Assembly: GCA_038060705.1 (NCBI GenBank)
Contig: JBBTFS010000016.1
Location: forward strand, 8,960-72,959
Length of the DNA stretch: 64,000 nucleotides
Direction: 5' to 3'
Source: Gemmatimonadota bacterium
Lineage (GTDB): Bacteria; Gemmatimonadota; Gemmatimonadetes; Gemmatimonadales; Gemmatimonadaceae
In this document: positions 44,670 to 54,658 of the stretch, in pieces
How positions within the stretch are numbered: the first letter of the stretch is position 1
How the letters are laid out: every line of letters starts with the position of its first letter
Notes under the pieces: generated by a model
The model's database searches: none
Told to the model about the DNA's origin: nothing
The model's input: only the letters and a program-made list of their open reading frames with translations
Program-made: the position numbers and the translations under genes

Positions 44670-45156
44670 TCGGGTCGATGCGGAAGAGCGCTTGCCCGTA
44701 CTCCACCGGTTGCGCGTCCAGCGTCAGCGTCTCGCGCACCACGCCGGCGTATTCCGACTCGATCTCGTTCATGATCTTCATCGCCTCGATGATGCACAGC
44801 GTCTGACCCTTGGTGACGCGATCGCCCACTGAGACGTACGGCTTGGCGCCGGGCTCCGGTGCGCCGTAGAACGTTCCCACCATCGGCGATTTCACTTCGA
44901 GCAGCGCCGACGCCGCCGCCTTCGGCCGCTCCGTCGCCGCGTCCGCAGGTGATGCGGATACCGCCGCGCGTGGCCCCTCCGCATGGACGTGCGCATACGG
45001 CGCGGGACCGGGCGCCGCGATCGAGAACCCGGGCCGCGCGGCCGGGTTCTTGGCGACGCGGATCTTGACGCCCTTCTCCGTTGTGATCTCGATCGAGTCC
45101 ACCGACGAATCGTCGATCATCTCGATGAGCTTCTTCACATAGCGTAGGTCGATCAT
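44662..45156 (-). CDS. accB: Acetyl-CoA carboxylase biotin carboxyl carrier protein
   Basis: MIDLRYVKKLIEMIDDS…, Pro/Ala linker and biotinyl domain …GQTLCIIEAMKIMNEIE (AMKM/I motif). Start trimmed to ATG 45154-45156. Confidence 0.93.
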   Translation of the reverse strand: MIDLRYVKKLIEMIDDSSVDSIEITTEKGVKIRVAKNPAARPGFSIAAPGPAPYAHVHAEGPRAAVSASPADAATERPKAAASALLEVKSPMVGTFYGAPEPGAKPYVSVGDRVTKGQTLCIIEAMKIMNEIESEYAGVVRETLTLDAQPVEYGQALFRIDPNG

Positions 45157-45191
45157 AGTTCGGGATTGCGTGGTCCTGCGGTGCGTCACAC

Positions 45192-46280
45192 CTAGCCGAC
45201 GGCGATCAACTCTCTCGGGAACCGCGTGAGCACTTCCGCTCCATTGGCGCCCAGATGTACATCGTCCTCGATTCGCACTCCGCCCCACTCCGGCAAGTAT
45301 ATGCCGGGCTCCACCGTCACCACCGCGCCCTCCGCAAGCGCCGTTTCCGCGGTCCTGGCCAGCCGTGGCGCCTCGTGCACTTCCAGTCCGATACCGTGAC
45401 CGAGGCTGTGGCCAAACCAATCACCGAAACCGCGATCTTCAATGTAGCCCCGCGCCAATCGGTCGGCATCCCGCCCTGACATCCCCGGTCGCACCGCCGC
45501 ACTTGCGCGCTCGTTGGCCAGCCGTACCACCTCGTGCACCTCCTGCTGCCGCGCATCGGCGCGCCCGGCCACAAAGGTGCGGGTGATGTCAGAGCAGTAC
45601 CCGCCCACGCGCGCCCCGAAATCTAGGAGCAGCAGTTCGCCGGTCCGAAGGACCCGCTCGGTCGGTCGCGCATGCGGCTTCGCGGCATTCAGGCCTGACG
45701 CAACGATCGACGGGAACGCGAACTCTTCGCTGCCCATCTGACGGAGCGCGCCTTCGAGGACCCCGGCGATTTCCAATTCCGACAAGCCCGCGCGGATCCG
45801 GGTGATGGCCACTGCCAGGGCGGCTTCGGCGCACGACACTGCCTCGCGCAGATGCGCCAGCTCGACGTCGTCCTTCCGCTCGCGCAGCGACTCGATGAGA
45901 CCGGTCGTCGGGCGCCACTGCCAACGCGACCCCGACTCCAGCAGTCGCTGAAAGTCGCGGTGCACGAGGTACGCGGACTCGAATCCCGCGATGCGGACTC
46001 CGGGCATGGCCGCGAGTTGCTGCCACAGACCCGCCCACAGGCTCTGCTCCTCGATCAGGACCCGCGCCACACTGCCGACCTCCGCCTTTGCCTGGGCCGT
46101 GTAGCGGTAGTCGGTGATGAGGACGCGTTCCTTCCGGCTCACGAACATCAGTCCGCTCGACCCGGAGAAGCCGCTCAGGTACCTGATGTTGGCGGCGCTA
46201 TTGATGAGGAGTCCGTCGAGCTGCTCCCGCGTCAGGAGATCGCACGCGGCCGCGAGCCGTCGCTCGCGTGCGTCAGGCAT
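45192..46280 (-). CDS. pepP: Xaa-Pro aminopeptidase (M24B family)
   Basis: Creatinase-like N-domain plus the M24 metal ligand pattern (…[19 protein letters not shown]…[14 protein letters not shown]…VVTVEPGIY…IRIEDDV). Start ATG 46278-46280 overlaps the aroQ stop by 8 nt. Confidence 0.88.
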   Translation of the reverse strand: MPDARERRLAAACDLLTREQLDGLLINSAANIRYLSGFSGSSGLMFVSRKERVLITDYRYTAQAKAEVGSVARVLIEEQSLWAGLWQQLAAMPGVRIAGFESAYLVHRDFQRLLESGSRWQWRPTTGLIESLRERKDDVELAHLREAVSCAEAALAVAITRIRAGLSELEIAGVLEGALRQMGSEEFAFPSIVASGLNAAKPHARPTERVLRTGELLLLDFGARVGGYCSDITRTFVAGRADARQQEVHEVVRLANERASAAVRPGMSGRDADRLARGYIEDRGFGDWFGHSLGHGIGLEVHEAPRLARTAETALAEGAVVTVEPGIYLPEWGGVRIEDDVHLGANGAEVLTRFPRELIAVG

Positions 46281-46713
46281 TCTTGGCGAGATGCGCGACC
46301 ATGGCGCGCAAGGCGAGGTCGTAGCTCGCGGCGCCAAATCCGCAGACAACGCCAACCGCGGCGACCGACAACATTGAATGGCGCCGCTCTGGCTCTCGCG
46401 CGTAGATGTTGGTCAGGTGCACCTCGACGAACGGAATCGCCGTGCCCACCAGCGCATCCCGCAGCGCCAGGCTCGTATGGGAGTACGCGCCGGCGTTCAC
46501 CAGCGCGCCGCCAACCACGCCACGCCACGTATGAACGCGATCGATGAGCTCCCCTTCTCCATTGTGCTGCGCGAACTCAAGCGTAGCGCCAAGCTCTTTG
46601 GCCAGCGTGCGCAGACTGCGCTCGATGTCCTTGAGCGTGTGGCGCCCGTAGATCTCCGGCTCACGCGTCCCAAGCAGATTCAGATTGGGGCCGTTGAGGA
46701 CGGCGATCTTCAC
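46273..46713 (-). CDS. aroQ: Type II 3-dehydroquinate dehydratase
   Basis: [22 protein letters not shown]…[17 protein letters not shown]…VEVHLTNI. Start set to GTG 46711-46713 (GTGA overlap with the upstream stop); ATG 46737 is the alternative. Confidence 0.9.
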   Translation of the reverse strand: MKIAVLNGPNLNLLGTREPEIYGRHTLKDIERSLRTLAKELGATLEFAQHNGEGELIDRVHTWRGVVGGALVNAGAYSHTSLALRDALVGTAIPFVEVHLTNIYAREPERRHSMLSVAAVGVVCGFGAASYDLALRAMVAHLAKNA

Positions 46714-48755
46714 CGCTGTTTCAGCCCTTCGAGCCATTTGGTGAACTGCGCGACGTCATCCTTGGACTCAACCGGTGCCCCCGACACTCCGGCCTTGCCG
46801 CTCTGCGCCGCGTACTCAGCGGTGACGCGCTGCGAGAAGAACTTGTCGAATGAGAAGCTCGACGGCGCCGCCGGTGGACCGCCGCTCATCGCGGCTGCCT
46901 GAGCTGCCTGGGCCGCCGTCGCGGCCGCCGCAGCGGCCGACAAGTCCAGTCCGTTGCCGCGCGCGGCACCGTCGAGATCTGCAAAGGCGGCCGATAACAC
47001 GAGCGCTGCACTCTCTTCCTCAAGCGCCGGCGGCGCGTCGTTCCACAGCGCGCCCAGCGAATCCGCGCCCTGGCGGGAGAGTGGTTCGGCCGGTGCCGCG
47101 ACCTCTGCGTGCGCCCCATTGGTGTCTGCGGGCTCGGGTCGGTAGCCAGGGCGCCGCATCGCGATGAGCATCAACACTGCGCGAATAGTCGGGCCGTCCG
47201 CGGGCGGCAGCACTGGAGCAACCGGCAGCGCCTCGGCGGCAAGCATCGGCGCTGGCGGCTCCGTTGGGGCGCCCGTGAGCTCCGCGATCTTCCCTTCGAT
47301 CTTCGCGTCACCGGGCCGCTGTTCCAGCAGTGCTCGATAGACGCGAAGGGCCTCGTCGCGATGGCCCTGCTGCAAGTACAGCTCGGCCATCGTCTCGGTG
47401 ACGAATGGGCCGGAGTCGGGGGCCGGCGCAGGCGTCTCGACCTCCAACTCTACCGGAGCCGCGGCAGCTATCGACAGAGCTGGCGCCGGAATCTCGGTGG
47501 GCGCGGCCGGAACTTCCGGTTCCGGAGTAGCCGGCGGCGGCGCAAAACCAATGTCCAGTTCGACGAGTCCGGAATCATCAGCCGCCACGGTCGGCGCGCC
47601 GAAATCCAGGTCGATCATCGGCAGCGCATCGGTTGCCCCAGGCGCCGGCGAAACCACAGGAGCCGGTGGCGGGGCCGATGGAATGTCGAGTTCGATCTCG
47701 GGCGCGGCGACGGCTTCCACGGCAGCCGGTGGTGGCGTAACCGCCGGCGGAGCCGTGGTGCCGAAATCCAGATCAAGCGCGCCAACGTCGACAGCCGGTG
47801 TCGGCGCTGGTGGTGGCGGCGCAAGCGATGTGGTCTCGAGTCCATCGAGGCTGAACGACTCCATCGGCGCCTCATTGGTGCCCACGGCGGTCGCCTCGAG
47901 TCCCACGGTGGGGACCACTTCGGGCGCATCGCCCTTGCCGACCGGCGACATGCCGTGCGGCGTTTCCATGATCAGGGTTGCGGCAACAGTGGTGGATCCG
48001 GCGACCACCTTCGACGTCGAGTCCGCGCCGTGCGTCAGTCCTTCGAGCTTGATCTCTTCCGTTGCCGCCGTAGCTGAGGCCGCCGGTACCTGCAGCGGCA
48101 CCGTAGCAGCGGTGGACAAACTTGGAATCGGCGCCGCTGCTGGCGTCGGAGCCGGTGGTGCCGCCGCCGGTGCCGCAGCTGCTGCCGGCACGTGCGTCGC
48201 TCCCAACTTTGGCAGGGGCCGCATCGCCTGCATCACCACAGTTGGGGCCGAACTTGCAGGAGCCGGCTTGGCCGCCGGCATCGGCATCGTCTTTGACGTC
48301 GGCGTCGCTGCCGGCGGCGTCGCCGGGGTCGCTATTGGCGCGGCAGCCGGTTTCGCGGTGCCCTCGATCTGCGCGAGAAGCGCCTGTGTTTCCTCGTTGC
48401 GCGGATCGGCATCGAGCACACGCTTGAACCAGCCTTTGGCCGCCTCCTTGTCCCCCGCCGCCAGCGTGATGTCGCCGAGATGCTTGAGGGCGATGAGGTT
48501 CTCGGGATCCAGCGAGAGCGCGGTTTCAAAAACCGTCTTCGCCTCGTCGAGTTGCTTGGCCTCGAACAGGGCCTGACCGAACACAATGTGCCCGCTCATG
48601 TGTCCGGGCTGCTGCGGCAGGTACTCCCGGCAGATGGCGATTGCCTGTTCGATCTCCCCCGCCTTGCGGTACTCGTTCGCCAGCGGCGCGAAGTATCGGC
48701 GTGGGTTCTCTTCGAACTTCTTGCGGAGTTCGTCGATGCGGGGCGAGCTCGCCAT
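46710..48755 (-). CDS. TPR protein with a long Ala/Pro-rich, acidic-motif repeat core
   Basis: N-terminal TPRs ([34 protein letters not shown]…). Core of about 320 aa has low complexity with recurring hydrophobic-acidic units ([35 protein letters not shown]), then one more TPR-like unit ([26 protein letters not shown]). Start ambiguous (ATG 48755 chosen, ATG 48809 possible). Confidence 0.75.
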   Translation of the reverse strand: MASSPRIDELRKKFEENPRRYFAPLANEYRKAGEIEQAIAICREYLPQQPGHMSGHIVFGQALFEAKQLDEAKTVFETALSLDPENLIALKHLGDITLAAGDKEAAKGWFKRVLDADPRNEETQALLAQIEGTAKPAAAPIATPATPPAATPTSKTMPMPAAKPAPASSAPTVVMQAMRPLPKLGATHVPAAAAAPAAAPPAPTPAAAPIPSLSTAATVPLQVPAASATAATEEIKLEGLTHGADSTSKVVAGSTTVAATLIMETPHGMSPVGKGDAPEVVPTVGLEATAVGTNEAPMESFSLDGLETTSLAPPPPAPTPAVDVGALDLDFGTTAPPAVTPPPAAVEAVAAPEIELDIPSAPPPAPVVSPAPGATDALPMIDLDFGAPTVAADDSGLVELDIGFAPPPATPEPEVPAAPTEIPAPALSIAAAAPVELEVETPAPAPDSGPFVTETMAELYLQQGHRDEALRVYRALLEQRPGDAKIEGKIAELTGAPTEPPAPMLAAEALPVAPVLPPADGPTIRAVLMLIAMRRPGYRPEPADTNGAHAEVAAPAEPLSRQGADSLGALWNDAPPALEEESAALVLSAAFADLDGAARGNGLDLSAAAAAATAAQAAQAAAMSGGPPAAPSSFSFDKFFSQRVTAEYAAQSGKAGVSGAPVESKDDVAQFTKWLEGLKQR

Positions 48756-48833
48756 TCTGGCTATTTGGGGTGGGATCGCCACCGGTCTGGGGCGATCGGC
48801 AAGATACATCTGGAAGACGAGGCCAGCAATCAG

Positions 48834-48850
48834 AAGTCACGCGGTGACTT
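48834..48850. repeat. 17-bp perfect palindrome AAGTCAC-GCG-GTGACTT in the divergent intergenic region
   Basis: Read directly; followed by GATTTTA on the plus strand. It lies between the TPR gene (minus) and ppiD (plus). Confidence 0.4.
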
Positions 48851-48930
48851 GATTTTAGCCGCGGTCGGCGGGTAGCTTTTCAGGCTCGCTACAGAACCAC
48901 TCGGCACCCCCCGTTCGAGGAGTATCGGCT

Positions 48931-50754
48931 GTGTTGCAACAGATGCGGAGCGCGGCCAAATACATCTGGCTGTTCATCGTCGTCGCCTTCGTGGGCGGCT
49001 TCTTGCTCTTCGAGACCTCCGGCCTGCTGGGCAGCGCTCCCCTGACGCCCACCACGGCCGTCGCCGAAGTGAATGGGCGAGATATCCTGTACACCGAGTG
49101 GCAGCAGCGCGTCCAGCAGACCACGGGTCAGCAGCGCACCCGCGCGCTGTCGCAGGATGAGCTGCGCCAGATCGAGAACGAAACGCTCGAGGAGATGATC
49201 ACGCAGGTGCTGCTCGAGCAGGAATACAAGAAGCGCCACATCAGGGTCTCGGACGAGGAACTGCGTGAATTCGCCCGGTACGCGCCGCCGCCGTTCCTCT
49301 ACAATGCGCCCGACCTGCAGACGGACGGACGCTTCGACCCGGCAAAGTATCAGCGCCTCCTCGCCAGCCCGCAGGCGCGCCAAGGCGGCCTGTTGATCGG
49401 ACTGGAGACCTACTACCGCCAGGAAATCCCCAAGGAAAAGCTCTACGGCGAGATCAGCAGCACGGTCTACATCTCCGAGGCTGACCTCTGGCGCTATTGG
49501 CAGGATGAGCGCGACAGCGCCCAGGTTTCGTACGTCGCCTGGCGACGCGACGTCGGCCCGGCTGCCGCTAACGCGGTCACGGATGCCGAGGCGCGCACGT
49601 GGTTCGACCAGCACAAGTCCGAGTATTCGCTGCCGGGTCACGCCTGGATGTCCGTCGTGCACATTCCGCGAATCGTCAGCCCCGCCGATACGGCCGCGGC
49701 GAGGGCCCGCCTGCTCCGCTTGCGCGCCGAGATCGCCGGCGGAGTCAAGTTCGAGGACGTTGCCAAACGCGAATCCGAGGACAGCGTGTCCGGCGCGCTC
49801 GGCGGCGACTTGGGACGCGGCGCGCGCGGTCGCTTCGACGCTGAATTCGAAGCGGCGGCGTTCAAGCTGAAGCCAAAGGAGCTCTCTGCCCCGGTGGCGA
49901 CGCCGTTCGGATTGCATCTGATTCGCGTGGACGAGCGCAAAGGCGATACGCTCTCGCTGCGTCACATTCTCGTCCGGATCGCGCAGAGCGACTCGGCGGC
50001 CACGGCCACCGACCAGCAGGCGGATGAACTCGCCCGCATCGCGGTCGGCTCGGAAACCCCGTCCCAACTCGACAGCGCCGCCGTCAAGCTCAACCTCATC
50101 GTGTCACGCCTTGAGGCCGTTGAGGGACAACCGGCGGCGATGGGATCGACACCGGTCCCGAGCGCTAGCGCATGGGCGTTCGGGGGCGCGACCGTGGGTG
50201 AAATCAGCGAACTCTTCGACGACGAGGGCGGCTACTGGATGGCGCGTCTCGATTCCATCGTGGAAGGCGGCGAACCGAATTTCGAGCGCGCCAGGCAAGC
50301 CGTTCGTCAGGCCGTCGCCCGGGAGAAGTCGCTCGACGCAGCCATGGCTCCGGCGCAACGCTTCGCCGCCGCCGCTTCGACCGGCGGCTTCGAAGCGACG
50401 GCGAAGGCGCAGAACCAGACCGTGATCAAGAGTCCGGTATTCACCCGACTCGAATTCGTGCCGGGCATCGGCCAGTTCAACACCGCCATCGGAGCGGCGT
50501 TCGGTTTGACGGTCGGCGCCGTGAGTGAACCCGTCCGCTCCGACGACGCGGTCTTCGTCCTCAAAATAGAGCGCCGCGTGAACGCCAACCGGGAGCAGTT
50601 CGACAAGCAGGCAGAGGTGATGCGCCGCCAGCGGCTGCAGCAACTCCAGCAACAGCGACTCCAGCTGTTTCACGCGGACTTGCGAAAGGCCGCCAAAGTC
50701 GTGGACTACCGCAAGGAGATCAACGCCAAGGCGCGCCGGGCCGAGATTCCCTGA
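48931..50754 (+). CDS. ppiD: Periplasmic chaperone / peptidyl-prolyl isomerase PpiD-like (membrane-anchored, parvulin domain)
   Basis: N-terminus MLQQMRSAAKYIWLFIVVAFVGGFLLF (PpiD-type anchor). Parvulin domain …FEAAAFKLKPKELSAPVATPFGLHLIRV. GTG 48931 is preceded by GAGGAG at 8-nt spacing. Confidence 0.85.
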   Translation: MLQQMRSAAKYIWLFIVVAFVGGFLLFETSGLLGSAPLTPTTAVAEVNGRDILYTEWQQRVQQTTGQQRTRALSQDELRQIENETLEEMITQVLLEQEYKKRHIRVSDEELREFARYAPPPFLYNAPDLQTDGRFDPAKYQRLLASPQARQGGLLIGLETYYRQEIPKEKLYGEISSTVYISEADLWRYWQDERDSAQVSYVAWRRDVGPAAANAVTDAEARTWFDQHKSEYSLPGHAWMSVVHIPRIVSPADTAAARARLLRLRAEIAGGVKFEDVAKRESEDSVSGALGGDLGRGARGRFDAEFEAAAFKLKPKELSAPVATPFGLHLIRVDERKGDTLSLRHILVRIAQSDSAATATDQQADELARIAVGSETPSQLDSAAVKLNLIVSRLEAVEGQPAAMGSTPVPSASAWAFGGATVGEISELFDDEGGYWMARLDSIVEGGEPNFERARQAVRQAVAREKSLDAAMAPAQRFAAAASTGGFEATAKAQNQTVIKSPVFTRLEFVPGIGQFNTAIGAAFGLTVGAVSEPVRSDDAVFVLKIERRVNANREQFDKQAEVMRRQRLQQLQQQRLQLFHADLRKAAKVVDYRKEINAKARRAEIP

Positions 50755-50776
50755 CGCCACCGCTCCCCGATGTACC

Positions 50777-50811
50777 AAGGCCCTCGCCGTCGCGAGGGCC
50801 TTTCTCTTTTT
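50777..50811 (+). terminator. Rho-independent terminator (11-bp perfect stem AAGGCCCTCGC/GCGAGGGCCTT, loop CGTC, then TCTCTTTTT)
   Basis: Read directly. It sits 23 nt after the ppiD stop and 4 nt from the stop of the convergent tatA. Confidence 0.88.
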
Positions 50812-50814
50812 CAG

Positions 50815-51069
50815 CTAGGTGATCAAACGCTTGGGCTCGGAGGTCTTGTCCTCTTCACGCTGCTGCGCCTCACCAGCATTGAGGCGGTCCATGTTCGCCT
50901 CGCGGTCGGGTTCCTTGATGGAGCGATCGACGTCGCTCAGACTCCGCTTGAACTCTCGAATGCCCTTGCCGAACGAGGCGCCGATCTCGGGCACGCGCTT
51001 CGCGCCGAAGATGACGAGCACGATCACGAGGATGATGAACAGTTCCATCGGTCCAATGTTGCCTAGCAT
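50815..51069 (-). CDS. tatA: Twin-arginine translocase subunit TatA/E
   Basis: MLGNIGPMELFIILVIVLVIFGAKRVPEIGASFGKGIREFKRS is the canonical TatA TM plus amphipathic helix. An AGGAG SD overlaps the upstream stop. Confidence 0.93.
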   Translation of the reverse strand: MLGNIGPMELFIILVIVLVIFGAKRVPEIGASFGKGIREFKRSLSDVDRSIKEPDREANMDRLNAGEAQQREEDKTSEPKRLIT

Positions 51070-51077
51070 ATGAGCTC

Positions 51078-51359
51078 CTAGAAAAGCGACCGGGCAATCA
51101 GGTACGCCACCAACACACCCACCAGGCTCAGCAGCGATACGTCGATCAGTACCGGTCCCAACGAAAACTTCAGGATCAAAAGGTCGATCGTCAGCGGGCC
51201 GAACGCCGGCGTGAGGCCCGTTGTCAGAAACTCCTTTACAGCACCCGGTGGCAGGAATCTACGCGCCACCTGAGTCATAACGCCACCAACCACGAAGCCG
51301 CTGGCCAGCACCACCCCATGGAATACCGGCCGGTGTTTGGACGATCCACGCGGTGGCAT
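51078..51359 (-). CDS. Small membrane protein (DUF4321-like)
   Basis: 93 aa, two hydrophobic segments. …EFLTTGLTPAFGPLTIDLLILKFSLGPVLIDVSLLSLVGVLVAYLIARSLF resembles DUF4321 as I recall it. Confidence 0.55.
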   Translation of the reverse strand: MPPRGSSKHRPVFHGVVLASGFVVGGVMTQVARRFLPPGAVKEFLTTGLTPAFGPLTIDLLILKFSLGPVLIDVSLLSLVGVLVAYLIARSLF

Positions 51360-52366
51360 CAGGACACGCGCTCCATGACGTAGACGATTGCATCGGCCAA
51401 GGCGGCGCGAGCCGGAGTATCCGGCAGCGGCGCCAGCGTCTGGTGCGCCGCCTCGGCGAACTCCGCTCCCCGCTGATGGGCATACTCAAGCCCGCCCGAT
51501 TCAGCCACGAGCCCCTTCACTTCCGCGACCAGTGCGTCGGATGGTTCAGCCGCCGCGAACAACGCCTCGACGCGCTTGCGGGCAGCCGGGGTAATGGCCT
51601 TGAGCGCGCCAATGAGCGGCAGGGTCACCTTGTGCTCCATGAGGTCCAGCCCGGAGGGCTTGCCGGTGACGCTGGTATCGCCGTAGTCGAGGAGGTCGTC
51701 CGCGATCTGGAACGCGATGCCGAGCAGCTCGCCATACCGCGCCAGCGCCGCCTGATGACGCGCAGCGCCGAAAAGCGACCCGGTTTCGCAGGCCGCCGCG
51801 AGCAGCGAGCCGGTCTTGGAACTCACTGTCTTCACGTACGCGTCTTCGCTGAAATCGAGGGTATCCATCGCCCCCAGCTGCCGCATCTCGCCGATGGCAA
51901 GCTCAGCGGTGACGTCCGTCATGATCCGCACGACGGTGAGATTCTCTAGGCGCACCAGCGCGCCAAGCGCGCGCGCATACAGGTAGTCGCCCATGATCAC
52001 CGACACTTCATGACTGAACGTCTTGTTCAGCGTCGGCAGGCCGCGCCGTTTCACGGAATGATCCACGGAGTCGTCGTGCACCAGCGTCGCCAGGTGCATC
52101 AGCTCGATCGCCGCGGACAGCGTGACGGCGGCGTCCTCACCGCGACCCTCGACGTCACTGGCAAGCAACGTCAGCGTTGGCCGGAACAGCTTTCCACGCG
52201 CCTGGAGCAAATGCTGGCTCACTTGCTGGATGAGCGGGAGTTCGTGGGCCGCCACACGCTGAAGTTCCGGGACCACCCGATCGAGGCGCGCCTTGATGGG
52301 GGCCTGAATGCCGGCGAGCGTGACGGCCCGCGCCGACGGTCGCGCCGGTGCGGCCGCGCTGCTCAT
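51359..52366 (-). CDS. ispB: Polyprenyl diphosphate synthase (IspB-like, long-chain trans-prenyltransferase)
   Basis: First DDxxD LVHDDSVD and second FQIADDLLD aspartate-rich motifs; 335 aa. Confidence 0.88.
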   Translation of the reverse strand: MSSAAAPARPSARAVTLAGIQAPIKARLDRVVPELQRVAAHELPLIQQVSQHLLQARGKLFRPTLTLLASDVEGRGEDAAVTLSAAIELMHLATLVHDDSVDHSVKRRGLPTLNKTFSHEVSVIMGDYLYARALGALVRLENLTVVRIMTDVTAELAIGEMRQLGAMDTLDFSEDAYVKTVSSKTGSLLAAACETGSLFGAARHQAALARYGELLGIAFQIADDLLDYGDTSVTGKPSGLDLMEHKVTLPLIGALKAITPAARKRVEALFAAAEPSDALVAEVKGLVAESGGLEYAHQRGAEFAEAAHQTLAPLPDTPARAALADAIVYVMERVS

Positions 52367-54594
52367 CGCGCCGCGTTCTCCAGTGCGCTCAGCCGATCTG
52401 CCACGTCCTGGAACTGAATGTCGACGACAAACACGCGTTGATAGTAGACCATCGCCTCGTCCGTCTTCCCCGTCGCCTCATTGGCACGACCGAGGAGATA
52501 CAGCACGCCGACGAGCTGGTCGTCGCTCAGGCCTTTGTCCGCGAGTGCACGTCCCAAAATCGTCGCGGCCATCGCGTACTGCCCTTTTTCCATGAAACAA
52601 TTGCCGATTGCCTCGTACGTGCGCACGCGTTTCTCCGGTCCGCGCAGCGCCTTCTGGAATTCCGCGATCGCCTCATCAATCAGACCCATCTCCTTGAACG
52701 CCACGCCCAGGTCGTAGTGGCTCTGGTAGTCTTCGGCTTCGACGTTCTCGGCCACGCCCTGCTTGAACTTCTTGAGCATGTCGGCGAAGTCGGCCTCTTC
52801 ATTCCCCGTGGGCTCTTCTTCTTCCACCTTCATGCGCGTGTCCTTCGGACCTTCGTCCTCGCGCAACCAGTCACCGAGGTTCACGAACGAATCGTCAGCC
52901 ACGGGCGTGGGGCGACCGGCGGCCGGCGGAGTCGCCTTGCCTGTCGGTGTCTTCTTGTCCGCGGGCGCAGGCGCTGCCGGCTCGGGCATCGTGCTCAGGG
53001 CCGCCTGCGCGCGGATATCGTCCGGAGACAGCTCCAGCACGCGCTGATAGATGCTGCGCGACTTGTCGACCTGTCCGTTGCGGAAGAGTGCGTCCGCCAG
53101 CGCCAAGTACGCTTCCACGAGCTGCGGACGGTCGTTGGCTCGATACGCGAACTCGACGCGCTTTTGATGGTGTTTGACCGACGACGGATCGATGCGAACG
53201 ATCTCTTCGACCACCGACATCGCGGCCGTCAAATCGTTGGCGCGCTCGTATCCGAGCATCGAGACCTCGAGCTCGCGAACGCCGGCCTCGCGATTCCCTG
53301 CTTCCAACATCGCTTCGGCAAGTTCGCGGTGGGCGGCCCAATCCTCCGGCGACGCCTCGACCGCTGCGGTGAGCACGGCGACCGACTTTTTGGCGATGAT
53401 CGTCGAGGGACGCGGCTCTGGCGTCGCGATCTCGAGATCCGCGTCAATCAGCGGGATGTCGGCCACTGGCTCGGCCGACGTATCCGCCTCGGGCTCGCCG
53501 AGATCCATCAACGGGATGTCGGCGCTTGCCGTGACGGCCGGTTCGTCGGCGTCCGGCATGATAAGGTCCAGCGCACCGCCATCGGACGCCGGAGCCTCAG
53601 GCTCCGCCATCGACGTCGACTCGATCTCCAAGCCGCCGCTCACGGCGGACGTGTTGTCGCCGGACGACAGCGACGTGGACTCGATCTCGAGCAAGCCGCC
53701 GTCAGCGGGAGCCTCGGCTTCCACGGCGGGCGGCGGCGCTTTATCCATCACCGGCGGTGGGGACGGCGCCTTGACCGCCGGCGGTGGTACCACTGGCGTG
53801 GCCGGCGGCGTCTTTTTCGCGGGCTCAGTGACCGGCTTCAACTGCGACGTCACCCGCTTGGCAACGGACAGCCGCTGGTTTTGCGCCGCCGGCGTATCGC
53901 TGAGATCGAGGAATACGAGATCGTCAGTCTTGGATCCGCCACCACCCCCGCCACCGTCGCCGGACTGACCCGCAGCTCTGGGCTCGATGGATGGATCAAT
54001 CGCCCTGAGGCGTTCGGCCGTGGCCTGTGCCTCGGACGTGTTGCCGTCGCGATCGAATTGCTCGTGAAGAACCTGCAGATGCTCGATGGCCTCCTTCTCC
54101 TTCCCCGCCTTGAGCATCTGATCCGACAGCATCAGCCGGACATCGGTCTCTTCGGGAACGAGATCCGCGAATTCACCCAGCGCGCGAAAGGCCTCATCCA
54201 CCTTGCCGGCCTTCTGCATCCGGTCGGCGTACTCGAGGAAATTCTTCTTCGCGTCCGCCTTGAACCCCTTCTGCGCACTGATCTTGCCCAGCTTGTAGTA
54301 GACCGTCGCGCGACCGGGCGAGCTGCGCAGGATCTTGCTGCACAACGCGATGGCGTTGTTGAAGAACCCGCCTTCCGTGTAGTGGTCAACGGCCTTCTCG
54401 TAATAGTCAACCGCCTCGGCGACGTTTCCGGCCTTGGCCATCAGGTCGCCGACGCGGTTGAACAGTGCCACGTCCAATTCGCCCGGCTCTTTCTCCATTT
54501 CCGCCAGGAGCTCGACGTAGACCGGAATCGCCTTTTCAGGCGACTTCTTCTCCAGGTCGGCGGCCTTCTTTTTGAGTGCGGGAACCTTGGACAT
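52363..54594 (-). CDS. TPR protein with a Gly/Pro-rich, acidic-motif repeat core
   Basis: 743 aa. TPR units at both ends. The centre (aa ~205-398, nt 53401-53982) has a G8 run, a proline-rich stretch and recurring units GGLLEIESTS / GGLEIESTS / GGALDLIMPD / DIPLMDLGE / DIPLIDADLE. Confidence 0.75.
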   Translation of the reverse strand: MSKVPALKKKAADLEKKSPEKAIPVYVELLAEMEKEPGELDVALFNRVGDLMAKAGNVAEAVDYYEKAVDHYTEGGFFNNAIALCSKILRSSPGRATVYYKLGKISAQKGFKADAKKNFLEYADRMQKAGKVDEAFRALGEFADLVPEETDVRLMLSDQMLKAGKEKEAIEHLQVLHEQFDRDGNTSEAQATAERLRAIDPSIEPRAAGQSGDGGGGGGGSKTDDLVFLDLSDTPAAQNQRLSVAKRVTSQLKPVTEPAKKTPPATPVVPPPAVKAPSPPPVMDKAPPPAVEAEAPADGGLLEIESTSLSSGDNTSAVSGGLEIESTSMAEPEAPASDGGALDLIMPDADEPAVTASADIPLMDLGEPEADTSAEPVADIPLIDADLEIATPEPRPSTIIAKKSVAVLTAAVEASPEDWAAHRELAEAMLEAGNREAGVRELEVSMLGYERANDLTAAMSVVEEIVRIDPSSVKHHQKRVEFAYRANDRPQLVEAYLALADALFRNGQVDKSRSIYQRVLELSPDDIRAQAALSTMPEPAAPAPADKKTPTGKATPPAAGRPTPVADDSFVNLGDWLREDEGPKDTRMKVEEEEPTGNEEADFADMLKKFKQGVAENVEAEDYQSHYDLGVAFKEMGLIDEAIAEFQKALRGPEKRVRTYEAIGNCFMEKGQYAMAATILGRALADKGLSDDQLVGVLYLLGRANEATGKTDEAMVYYQRVFVVDIQFQDVADRLSALENAAR

Positions 54595-54658
54595 CAGCGT
54601 CCGTGCCGACAGGCGAAACGTGTGGAACGACCTCCGCGACGGGCGGAAATCGAGGCCA

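Noticed and set aside
47400-48360. GC-rich, repetitive-looking DNA (GCN/CCN runs) that could be mistaken for a tandem repeat or array
   Set aside because: It is in frame within the TPR gene and encodes Ala/Pro-rich low complexity. There is no regular repeat-spacer periodicity, so it is not a CRISPR array or VNTR.
48889-50067. 392-aa minus-strand ORF
   Set aside because: Antisense to ppiD, which has a proper SD, membrane anchor and parvulin domain.
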